NCBI GenBank assembly: GCA_963677895.2
Contig: CAXXGJ010000002.1
Coordinates: 64,001-128,000, forward strand
Direction: 5' to 3'
DNA length: 64,000 nucleotides
From: Treponemataceae bacterium
Lineage (GTDB): Bacteria; Spirochaetota; Spirochaetia; Treponematales; Rectinemataceae
A model generated the notes under the pieces. It made no database searches. It saw only the letters and a list, made by a program, of their open reading frames with translations, and was not told the origin of the DNA. The position numbers and the translations under genes were made by a program. The first letter of the stretch is position 1. The number at the start of each line of letters is the position of its first letter. This document shows, piece after piece, positions 1 to 8,497 of the stretch.

Positions 1-540
1 GTTCACGGCGCGGAGCGACGCGTAGAGGGCGAACACGACAAGGGGAATGCTCAGCCATACGTCGACGGCAAGGGCGGCGATGAAGCCTGCCGCTGGATCG
101 GTGAGAAGGTTCAGTTCCCTTCCCAGCAATGCCGAAAGCATCGACTTCCCGCCGCTGCCGTGGATGATCATCCGCCAGATGGGCACCGAGATGAAGGATG
201 GCACTCCCCAGGGCACGAGAATGGCCGCGAATATGATCTTGAAAGATTTTTCCGCGTCCAGGAGGACGGAGGCCAGGATGAATCCTATGAGGACGGAGAG
301 GCTGGCCGAGAGGAGGGCCCAACCCAGCGTTATGCCCAGGGAAAGAACGAATGCCCTGTCCTCGACGAGGGTTCTGAAATTGTCGAGACCCGCCCAGGCG
401 GCCTGGCCGTAGCTGTCGTGATAGAGGGAACTGGCCGCGGCAGTGAAGAAAGGGAGTATGCCCGCGGCCAGAATGAGAAAGGCGAGAGGAAGGATGGCCC
501 ATTTCGTCACCCTGGATCTGCCGAGAATCGACGCTTTCAT
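1..540 (-). CDS. Carbohydrate (CUT1/MalF-like) ABC transporter permease, 3' end outside window
   Basis: Manual translation from ATG 540: MKASILGRS...YGQAAWAGLDNFRTLVEDRAFVLSLGITLGW...ILVPWGVPSFISVPIWRMI...VDVWLSIPLVVFALYASLRAVN; MalF-type motifs. Confidence 0.85.
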   Translation of the reverse strand, partial: MKASILGRSRVTKWAILPLAFLILAAGILPFFTAAASSLYHDSYGQAAWAGLDNFRTLVEDRAFVLSLGITLGWALLSASLSVLIGFILASVLLDAEKSFKIIFAAILVPWGVPSFISVPIWRMIIHGSGGKSMLSALLGRELNLLTDPAAGFIAALAVDVWLSIPLVVFALYASLRAVN

Positions 541-547
541 CCCTTCC

Positions 548-2035
548 CTAGAAAACGAGATTGATCGACTGAATCTGTTTTACGTTCTTGATCCCCTCGG
601 GCAGACGGGCGATGTTCTTGTCCCAGACGAGGACGAGGGGGAATTCGCTGGGATCGAGGCCCGCCCCATCCTTGTACATGGCGAGTATGACTTCGTCGTT
701 GGCGTCCAGTTCGCGCGAATCGAGGGTGATCTTGTAGCCGTCGACGGCGGTCACCTCGACTTTGTAGCCGGCCTTGGCCGCCGCGCTGTCATAGGCATGG
801 ATGCTCGTGTCCTGCTTGTGCGGCTGGTAGGCGGGATCGTCGGCGTAGCCCAGGAGGAGGTGGAGGGGGAAGCCGGTATAGCTGCCGCTTATTCCCTTGC
901 GTTCGAAAACGACTTCCTTCTTGTGGCAGCTCACGCAGGACTGCACCGTGGCGCGATCCATCGTTCCGTTCATCTTCCCGCCGTAGGAGATGGCGAAGTC
1001 CTTGAAGTCCTTCTGTTTCACGATGATGCGCTTGATCATCTTGACCGAGGTGTGGCCGTCGATGTTGGGATCGTTGGGACCAATTTTCACCGTCCTGATG
1101 TAGCCCGGATCCTTGGGGAGCCAGTCGCCGTCCATCCTGAAGGCCAGAATCCACGTGCCGTCCGCCTCATCGAGCACTTGTTTGCCGGAATAGGTCATCT
1201 CGTAGCCGTCGGTGGCCGCGAACGTTATGGAATCGTCCGCGGAAAGGCTCATGAAACGGGAGAGGATAACCCTGAGGCCCACCCCGCCATAGACGTTGGA
1301 GTACTTTGTCCCGGCGCTGGTCGTGAAGCTTCCCTTGTTTTCCATATAGGCCGGATCTTTTTCCAGGTCGGCGAGGGTATAGGAGGTCTTCACGCCGTTG
1401 ATATCCAGCTCAAGCGCGAAAGAGGCGGCTTCCGAAACCGCCTTGGACGCTGCGAGGCTCGTGGTTATGGAGGCGATCTGCTTGACCCAAAGGTTTTTGG
1501 CCGTGTCGCCGACGATCATGGGTCTGTCGAGGGGCTTGCCGGCCTCGGTATCGGCGAGGATCAGCGCGTCCTGTGCGACATCCTTCGTGGAGAAGGTGGC
1601 GGAAAAACCGTCGGCCGCCGAGAGCGTGACTTCATAGCCTTTGGCCCAGAGTCCGGCGTCGAAGGCATAGGGATGGGAGGAGTCGGAACCGTCGATCATG
1701 GCGATGGCGAGACGGAGGGGGATGCCTGAATAGGTTGTCGCCACGCCTTTTTTATCCACAGTTTTCTGGACATAATCCTTGCCCGCGGCCTTTATCTTCT
1801 GGTAATAGGATTGAGTCAGGCTGTCCTTCCTCGCGCCCGCCAGTTCGATGCTCCAGCCGGTCTCCGCCGCCGACGCGGCCGATGTCGTGTCCGCCGCTGC
1901 CGCTGCGGCCACCGTTGTCGTCGGGACGATCTCGACGAGGGGCTTTGCCGCTTTCTGCGATTGCGATACGCATCCGGCGAGAACGAAAGCGATGGAGACC
2001 GTGATGGCGAGAATGGTCCTCATTCGTCTAGGCAT
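548..2035 (-). CDS. Lipoprotein with three molybdopterin-oxidoreductase-like (Oxidored_molyb-like) repeats and a CxxCH motif
   Basis: Lipobox VLAGC; three repeats of Y-x-G-x-x-L ... A-x-DG(F/Y) ... (W/S/N)VK-x-I; SCVSCH in third repeat. Confidence 0.65.
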   Translation of the reverse strand: MPRRMRTILAITVSIAFVLAGCVSQSQKAAKPLVEIVPTTTVAAAAAADTTSAASAAETGWSIELAGARKDSLTQSYYQKIKAAGKDYVQKTVDKKGVATTYSGIPLRLAIAMIDGSDSSHPYAFDAGLWAKGYEVTLSAADGFSATFSTKDVAQDALILADTEAGKPLDRPMIVGDTAKNLWVKQIASITTSLAASKAVSEAASFALELDINGVKTSYTLADLEKDPAYMENKGSFTTSAGTKYSNVYGGVGLRVILSRFMSLSADDSITFAATDGYEMTYSGKQVLDEADGTWILAFRMDGDWLPKDPGYIRTVKIGPNDPNIDGHTSVKMIKRIIVKQKDFKDFAISYGGKMNGTMDRATVQSCVSCHKKEVVFERKGISGSYTGFPLHLLLGYADDPAYQPHKQDTSIHAYDSAAAKAGYKVEVTAVDGYKITLDSRELDANDEVILAMYKDGAGLDPSEFPLVLVWDKNIARLPEGIKNVKQIQSINLVF

Positions 2036-2062
2036 GGTGTTACTCCTTTCGCATATTCATGA

Positions 2063-3598
2063 TTACGGCTTCGATCCGCCGCTTATGGTTTCCTGGTTGG
2101 CGTCGATAAGCCGGCGCGCTTCCGCGAGGGCCGCGTCCGGCTTCATGCTGCCCGCGAGTATGAATCGCAGAATTTTCCACATCGTGTTTTTATAGGTGCC
2201 GTAGCCCGAGCTGGGAGGTATGACGGCGCCAATTTCGGCGCTTCTGGTCAGGATGGCTTGATAGCGGTCGGCGCTCTCCGCTACCTTCCACGCGTCGGAA
2301 TTCGCCGGGAGTTTGGAGAGGGCTGCCGAAAAGCGATGCTGGACCCCGACGCCGGACAGGTACTCGAGCAGTCTGCGCGCAGTGACGGGGGATTGGGTGG
2401 AGCGCGTCATCGCGAAACCTTTGAAATCGAGGAGGGGCGCCATGGGTTTGCCTGTGGACGAAACCACCGGATAGGGCGCGACGCCGAAGTCCAGGCCTAT
2501 CCGTTCGAACTCGGGAATGGAATAGGACCCGCTCAGTATCATGGCGATTTTGCCCGAAGCGAAGCGCGCCACCATGGCGTCGCGTTCGAGGGGCTCCAGG
2601 TAGCCTCGGTCGATCATCGAGAGAATCCAGGATATGGCCTGTCTGGTTCCCCGATCGTCGGGACGGACTCCGCCGTCGGCATCGGCGATGGAAGGTTTTC
2701 CGAAGCCCATGGCCATGGGCAGAAGCCAATACGCGGAATAGACATTCCAGGAAATGGGCGTTCCGCCGCTCCGGCTTATCCGCGCGGCCATGGCTTCCAG
2801 ATCGTCGGTCGTCCAGGTCAGGGCGGGCGGAACGGGGACCTGTTTCCTGTCGTAGAAAACCAGCTGCGCATCGAAATAGAAGGGAATCGCCCAACGCCGG
2901 CCTTCGGCGCTGAAGGCTGCCGCCCCCTTCTCCACGATATGAGAGGCGTCGATTCGATCCAGGGGCTGGAGGGCCTGCGCCGCCACGAGATCGGGGACAT
3001 TGTCGGACTGGATCATGAGAAGATCGGGCGCGCGTCCCCCGCCGCGCTGGACGGCCAGGAGCTTGGACCTTGTATCCGGCACGTCCACGGCTCTGACCTT
3101 CGCGCCGGAAAGCGTCGCCCAACGTTGGATTTCCGCCTTGAGTTCGGGGACGCCCTCCCAGGAGAGCCAGATTTCCAGTTCCCGTTCGCGGGCCTGGTCT
3201 CCGCTGATGTTTACTGAACTGAAGGAAGCCACCCTGGCATCCGGCGCGAGCAGATCCCAGCCTCCAGAGGACGATTCGACGATATAGAATCCGGAAAGTC
3301 TGTCCGCGAGATCGTCGCCGGTCCAGATTTTGGTCCCGGCCGGGCCGGCGCACTCGATCCTCCATGCTTCCACGAGGGGAGGAAGCAGTTCGGAGACGGC
3401 AAGGCCGCGTTCGATGAAGTTTTTCGCGGGGATGGAATATGAAAGCGCGCGCAGCGCGGTATCGGAGGGCAAGGTTTTTGAGCCGCCGTTAAGGCGCAGG
3501 TCGAATGCCCAGGCCGAAGCATGAAGCGCGAAGGCGAGGCCTACGGCAAGAACAACCGTCCGGAAACAAGGTTCCGGCGGGCTTGAGCGAGTCATCAT
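2063..3598 (-). CDS. Extracellular solute-binding protein (MalE-like) with extra N-terminal ~110 aa domain
   Basis: Signal peptide; APDLLMIQSD, WAIPFYFDAQLVFYD, FASGKIAMILSGSY, DFGVAPYP motifs of sugar-binding family 1. Confidence 0.85.
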   Translation of the reverse strand: MMTRSSPPEPCFRTVVLAVGLAFALHASAWAFDLRLNGGSKTLPSDTALRALSYSIPAKNFIERGLAVSELLPPLVEAWRIECAGPAGTKIWTGDDLADRLSGFYIVESSSGGWDLLAPDARVASFSSVNISGDQARERELEIWLSWEGVPELKAEIQRWATLSGAKVRAVDVPDTRSKLLAVQRGGGRAPDLLMIQSDNVPDLVAAQALQPLDRIDASHIVEKGAAAFSAEGRRWAIPFYFDAQLVFYDRKQVPVPPALTWTTDDLEAMAARISRSGGTPISWNVYSAYWLLPMAMGFGKPSIADADGGVRPDDRGTRQAISWILSMIDRGYLEPLERDAMVARFASGKIAMILSGSYSIPEFERIGLDFGVAPYPVVSSTGKPMAPLLDFKGFAMTRSTQSPVTARRLLEYLSGVGVQHRFSAALSKLPANSDAWKVAESADRYQAILTRSAEIGAVIPPSSGYGTYKNTMWKILRFILAGSMKPDAALAEARRLIDANQETISGGSKP

Positions 3599-3723
3599 TC
3601 CCCCTTTTCAAGCATGGAAGGCTGAACCGTTTCCGGCGCAACCCGATGGCTTTTAGTCCATGGATTTCAGCGGCTCATTTCCATGATGCCGCATATCTTT
3701 AGGAACTAAGGCTCGAAGGAATT
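3597..3723 (-). ncRNA. Moco/Tuco (molybdenum/tungsten cofactor) riboswitch candidate, P3-less form
   Basis: Minus strand: AUUCCUUC-GAGC-CUUAGUU-CCUAA...AUGG-ACUAA...GGGUUG-CG-CCG-GAAA-CGG-UU-CAGCCU-UCC...GAAAA-GGGGGAAUG; tetraloop/receptor pair; P1 pairs with RBS. Confidence 0.75.
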
Positions 3724-3802
3724 CTATGGCTGATTCTATGGCGCCCATTCGCAGGCGTCAAGCGGATGAACCTGTCTTGACGGACAGAGTTACGCGCGGG
3801 GC

Positions 3803-3832
3803 AAAAAAAAGGCGCCCGGGATGGGCGCCTTT
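3803..3832 (-). terminator. Rho-independent terminator
   Basis: AAAGGCGCCC-GGGAT-GGGCGCCTTT hairpin with A8 on plus strand (U-tract on minus) after OMP gene. Confidence 0.8.
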
Positions 3833-3876
3833 CGTATCCGATCCGAATCCGATCGGGATTCGATCGGGATCCGACG

Positions 3877-4377
3877 CTACAGTTTCAGGAGGACGCCGAT
3901 ATAGGAGGCCTCGAGGCCGGTTTCGGCGTTGATGGCGAAGTTGTTCGACAGGAAATAGCTCGTGCCGCCGATCGTGTTGAAGCCGACGCCGGGAAGGATC
4001 GAAAGACCCAGGCCAAAGTACGAATCGAAGTTGCCGACCCAGGCGAGTTCGCTGGGCAGGTTGAGGGCGCCCCAGTTGAAGTGGAGAGTGCCAACCGCGC
4101 CTACCGCGACCGACACCGTGCTGCCGAGATAGAGTCCCGCGCGGCCGGCGACGCCATAGGTGAAGGGGAGTTTTTCGGCGATCGTGAACTTGCCGATGGC
4201 GTATTCAACGCCGCCGCCGACCGAAAGGCCGTACCAATAGCCGAAACCGATGCCGACATTCGCATTTATCGAACCTGGATTGATGAGCATGCCATTTTTT
4301 GAATAGTTAGTGGTTTCCGCGGACGCGAAACCGACGACGACGCAGAGAAGCGCGACAAGCACCGTGAATTTCTTCAT
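3877..4377 (-). CDS. Putative small outer-membrane beta-barrel protein
   Basis: Signal peptide, Gly/aromatic-rich alternating strands, C-terminal YIGVLLKL; RBS AGGAGAGG. Confidence 0.6.
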   Translation of the reverse strand: MKKFTVLVALLCVVVGFASAETTNYSKNGMLINPGSINANVGIGFGYWYGLSVGGGVEYAIGKFTIAEKLPFTYGVAGRAGLYLGSTVSVAVGAVGTLHFNWGALNLPSELAWVGNFDSYFGLGLSILPGVGFNTIGGTSYFLSNNFAINAETGLEASYIGVLLKL

Positions 4378-4673
4378 TTCCCTCTCCTTTTGCTAAAAAC
4401 GATCAGGTTGATGCTGTGTCCGGTTTGAATCGGAAAACTCGATAACTCAAGCCGGGCAGGACAATATCCACTTATAATTGTATAGATGATTCCCGGAATT
4501 TGCAAATAGTAATTAACTTGATTCCTTTGGTTTTCACCCAATCGCCGTGCCGCCGAACTGTCTCGGTGCATAAAAATGCCAATAGTATGCGGCTTTTATG
4601 TCTTGACACTGCGACGCCCCCTGTTGTACCGTCGCGTAAAGGATATTCACATGAGTTATATTAAAGATTCCTT

Positions 4674-5510
4674 ATGTTTCATGCGAAGCGGCCGGAACAG
4701 GCCGCATTACTCAACCCTCTCGTACTAGTCCAGACAATTCCCCATTTGACATCGCCAGTTCCTCCCTCCAATTCCCCGGCTTTAGCCATAAGGGATATCA
4801 GTAAAAGATTCGGTCCTCATGCGGTTCTGGACGGCGTTTCGCTCTCCATCCCGGCCGGAAGAATTTACGGCATAATCGGACGGAGCGGAGCGGGCAAGAC
4901 CACCCTCATCAGGATCGCCTCGCTGCTCGAACGCGCCGACGGAGGCGAGATTTTCTATTCCGGAGTTTCCGTATCCGGAGCCAAGGGAAAGGAACTGATA
5001 GAGGCGCGCAGAAAAGCTGGGTTCGTGTTCCAGAACTTCAACCTTTTCTCCTCGAGAACCGTCGCGGGCAATGTGGCTTTCCCCCTGGAAGCGGCCGGCT
5101 GGAATAAAACGGCCATACGCGAAAGGGTGGAGGAGCTCGTGGAGCTCGTAGGGCTCTCGGACAAGGCGGACAGGCCGGCCGGCCGGCTTTCGGGAGGCGA
5201 GCGCCAGCGCGTCGCCATCGCCAGGGCTCTCGCGAACAGACCTCAGATACTCTTCTGCGACGAAGCCACCAGCGCGCTGGATCCCGAAACCACGAGGTCC
5301 ATCCTGGATCTGATCCAATCCCTGCGCCAGCGTTTCGGTCTCACCGTCATGATGGTCACGCACCAGATGGAAGTGGTCAGGAGAATCTGCGACGACGTCG
5401 CGATCATTTCCGACGGCTTGATCGTGGAGAGCGGCCCCGTGGCTTCCGTTTTTTCCCGTCCAAGCAGCGAAACCGGACGCCGTCTCGTGGCGGAGGTCAA
5501 CCATGCGTGA
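4674..5510 (+). CDS. metN: Methionine ABC transporter ATP-binding protein (short, no NIL domain); start uncertain
   Basis: GIIGRSGAGKTTL, FQNFNLFSSRTV, LSGGERQRVAIARALA, CDEATSALDPETT. Confidence 0.9.
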   Translation: MFHAKRPEQAALLNPLVLVQTIPHLTSPVPPSNSPALAIRDISKRFGPHAVLDGVSLSIPAGRIYGIIGRSGAGKTTLIRIASLLERADGGEIFYSGVSVSGAKGKELIEARRKAGFVFQNFNLFSSRTVAGNVAFPLEAAGWNKTAIRERVEELVELVGLSDKADRPAGRLSGGERQRVAIARALANRPQILFCDEATSALDPETTRSILDLIQSLRQRFGLTVMMVTHQMEVVRRICDDVAIISDGLIVESGPVASVFSRPSSETGRRLVAEVNHA

Positions 5511-6169
5511 AATTTTCGACCTCATCGCCCAGGCCGGTGCTGGAAACCATCCTCATGGTGATCGCGTCCACGACGATCGCGGGACTGTTCGGCGGTTCCA
5601 TCGGCCTCGCGCTCTACTTCATGTCGAACGAAAGGCTTTCCGAGCATTCGGGCCAGCTTTCGATCGTGAAAAAAGTCGCTGACCGGGTGATCAATACCCT
5701 GAGGTCCTTTCCCTTCGTCATTCTCATGGTTCTTGTGCTTCCTCTTTCGCGCCTCATCGTGGGGACGAGCCTTGGGACGGTGGCGGCCATCGTGCCTCTT
5801 TCCATCGCGGCCATGCCCTTCGTGGCGCGCATCGTCGAATCGTCGTTGGCCGAAATCGATGGCGGCATACTCGACGCGGCTCTCTCTTCGGGAGCCACGA
5901 AGGCCAGGATCCTCTTCGCCATTCTCGTGCCTGAAGCCCTCCCCTCGCTGATCGCCGGTCTCACGCTCACGATGATCAACCTGGTGGGTTATTCCGCCAT
6001 GGCAGGGGTCATCGGAGGGGGCGGTCTCGGCGATCTGGCCATCAGATATGGCTACCAGCGTTTCAGGACCGACATCATGATCGCATCGGTGCTCTCGATC
6101 ATCGTACTCGTCGAGGGAATCCAGATGACGGGCAACAGGATCACGAGGAATCTGAAGCTCAAGCGCTGA
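5503..6169 (+). CDS. metI: Methionine ABC transporter permease, 1-nt frameshift near 5536
   Basis: GGAGG + ATG 5503 gives MREIFDLIAQA; +1 frame continues VLETILMV...RSFPFVILM...GGGGLGDLAIRYGYQRF. Confidence 0.85.
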
Positions 6170-6225
6170 CAAGACAGTCCCCAATGCCCCCTATGGCGGC
6201 ATAATCTCATCGCAGGAGGTTCGCT

Positions 6226-7041
6226 ATGAACCGGAACAACCGCACTGTATCCTTTATCCTGGCGACGGCATTGGCAATCGCCGCCGTCTCCGTCCCGGCC
6301 TTCGCCCAGACCGCGCAGAAGCCCGTGACTCTCAAAGTCGGCGCCAATCCCATTCCCCACGCTGACTTGCTCAACCTGGTAAAGGCGGATCTTCTCGCCC
6401 AGGGCATCAAGCTCGAAATCGTCGAGATCACCGACTATGTGACGCCCAACCTCCTTCTCGCCGAAAAGCAACTCGACGCGAATTTTTTCCAGCACACGCC
6501 CTACCTCAACAATTTCGCGGCGGAGCGTAAGCTGGCCCTGGAACCCGCCGGCCAGGTATTCGTCGCGCCTCTCGGCCTCTATTCCAGGAAGTACAAGAAG
6601 TTGAACGATCTTCCAGTCGGCGCCGTCATCACGATACCGAACGATCCGACCAACGAAGCCCGCGCCCTCATACTTTTCCAGAACAAGGGGCTCATAAAGC
6701 TGGCCGCCGGCTCTGGGCTGAAGGCGACGATACGCGACATCACCGAGAATCCCAAGAAATTCCAGTTCAAGGAAATCGAGGCTCCGCAGCTTCCGAGAAC
6801 GTTGGACGACGCCGCCGCCGCCGTGATCAACGGCAGCTTCGCCACCCAGGCCGGTTTCTATCCCTCAAGGGATAACCTGATGATCGAAGGCGCCGAGTCT
6901 CCCTATCCCAATATCCTGGCCACCCGCAAGGGCGACGCCGACGATTGGCGCGTAGTGGCCCTGCTCAAGGCCCTGCAGTCCGAAAAAGTGCGACAGTATC
7001 TCGAGAACAACTATAACGGGAGTTTCGTGCCGGCTTTCTGA
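6226..7041 (+). CDS. metQ: Methionine ABC transporter substrate-binding protein (MetQ/NlpA)
   Basis: LKVGANPIPH, DYVTPN, DANFFQHTPYL, PNDPTNEARAL. Confidence 0.9.
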   Translation: MNRNNRTVSFILATALAIAAVSVPAFAQTAQKPVTLKVGANPIPHADLLNLVKADLLAQGIKLEIVEITDYVTPNLLLAEKQLDANFFQHTPYLNNFAAERKLALEPAGQVFVAPLGLYSRKYKKLNDLPVGAVITIPNDPTNEARALILFQNKGLIKLAAGSGLKATIRDITENPKKFQFKEIEAPQLPRTLDDAAAAVINGSFATQAGFYPSRDNLMIEGAESPYPNILATRKGDADDWRVVALLKALQSEKVRQYLENNYNGSFVPAF

Positions 7042-7159
7042 GATCTTATTGTTTGACAGCAAGGCGCCTTCGTGCGATAGTGGCCTGATTTTGCGGCCGC
7101 GACTATCGGAAGGCGTCTTTTTTACGCTTGGTTCCGCCGCGGGAAAGGATAGAGCGAGA

Positions 7160-8395
7160 ATGATGTCCGCGACAGGAAAGCTGGGGTTCATAACAGGCCA
7201 GCCGAAGAACTGGAAAGTCACCGCGACCCGCGCTTCTCTCGACAAGCTCATCTATCAGATGGTCTTCCCCTACCTCGGCGTCTATCTCGTCGGCCTCGGC
7301 GCCACGGGCACCACGCTGGGGCTGGCCAATGGCCTGGGCATGGCCTTGAGCGCTCTTTACGGCCTTGTCGGCGCTTCTTTTATAAAGCGATCCGGCACCA
7401 GGCGCATGTATCTTCGCGGACTGGCCATAGTCGCCTTTTCCTATCTGGTTCTGGGGCTGGCCGGCGGGTGGGTCGTGGGCATGGCGGGTGTGATGGCCTG
7501 GTGGCTGGGCTCGGCCGAGACCGGTCTCTGCTGCAATGTCGTCTGCGGCAGTTCCCTGGAAAACAAGGGAAGGGCGACGGCCATGGGCACCTGCGAGAGC
7601 GTCGCGCAGGGGACGATGAGCTTCATCGGACCGGCGATCGGCGCCGGCATCGTCGGTCTCCTCGGCGGCCTTAAGGTCGCCACGATCCGTCCGCTGTTTT
7701 TCCTGGCCTTCGCGGGCGAAATCGGCTGTCTTTATTTCGTGAAGCGCAATCTGACGGACTGCGGCGCCGCCGCGCGCGCCTCGATGCGCGCGGGCGCGGG
7801 CGCCGGCCTCGCCAATCCCTTTCATATCCTAAGAGGAAGAAAGCATCTGGGCAGGTTCATCGCCGTCTCCTGCCTGACCAACCTTCCCGTCGGCATGGTG
7901 CTGCCTTTCACCCAGCTTTTCGCGAGCGAAACGAAATCCGCCAGTCCCTATATCCTCGCCGCTATGGTGACGGGCTCCGCCTTGGTCAGTCTCGCGGTCG
8001 GGCTTCCCCTCGGGAAAGTGGCCGACAGGATCGGCAGGAAAAAAATCCTTTATGGGCTCGCGCCGCTCTTTTTGGCGAGCAATATTCTGCTCATTTCCAG
8101 TTCGGCTCCCGTTCTTCTGATCCTTTCGGGAATCCTCCAGGGCGTCCTCCCCGTCACTCTCGTCATTTCCGCCGCCATGGCTTTCGAGCAGGTGCCCGCG
8201 GAGGATATGGGCGACTGGATGGCCATACTCCGGTTTTTCAAGATGGCCATGGGAGCCGTCCTGACGATTCTCTGCGGACTGATCTGGGATCATCTGGGCC
8301 CGCAATGGGTCTTTATATTCGCGGCCGGCATAGACATTTTCGTGAGAATTCCCCTGCTGATGAGCATTCCCGAAACCCTGGAAAAGAAAGCTTAG
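7160..8395 (+). CDS. MFS transporter
   Basis: About 12 hydrophobic segments; GKVADRIGRKK motif A. Confidence 0.85.
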   Translation: MMSATGKLGFITGQPKNWKVTATRASLDKLIYQMVFPYLGVYLVGLGATGTTLGLANGLGMALSALYGLVGASFIKRSGTRRMYLRGLAIVAFSYLVLGLAGGWVVGMAGVMAWWLGSAETGLCCNVVCGSSLENKGRATAMGTCESVAQGTMSFIGPAIGAGIVGLLGGLKVATIRPLFFLAFAGEIGCLYFVKRNLTDCGAAARASMRAGAGAGLANPFHILRGRKHLGRFIAVSCLTNLPVGMVLPFTQLFASETKSASPYILAAMVTGSALVSLAVGLPLGKVADRIGRKKILYGLAPLFLASNILLISSSAPVLLILSGILQGVLPVTLVISAAMAFEQVPAEDMGDWMAILRFFKMAMGAVLTILCGLIWDHLGPQWVFIFAAGIDIFVRIPLLMSIPETLEKKA

Positions 8396-8497
8396 GTCCT
8401 AGGGGCAGGCTGCCCGACCGGGGCGATATTAAACCGCTGCGTGTCCTTTACCCATGGCCGATGAAATTAGTATTTTTTTATCGGAAGGAGCGCTTCG

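Noticed and set aside
443..1729. 428-aa plus-strand ORF
   Set aside because: Antisense shadow of the lipoprotein gene; expected with high-GC codon bias; no motifs
4380..4745. Possible SAM riboswitch or T-box upstream of metN
   Set aside because: No S-box (ATC..GAG...GCAACC...GTGC) or T-box consensus recognised; looks like divergent promoters
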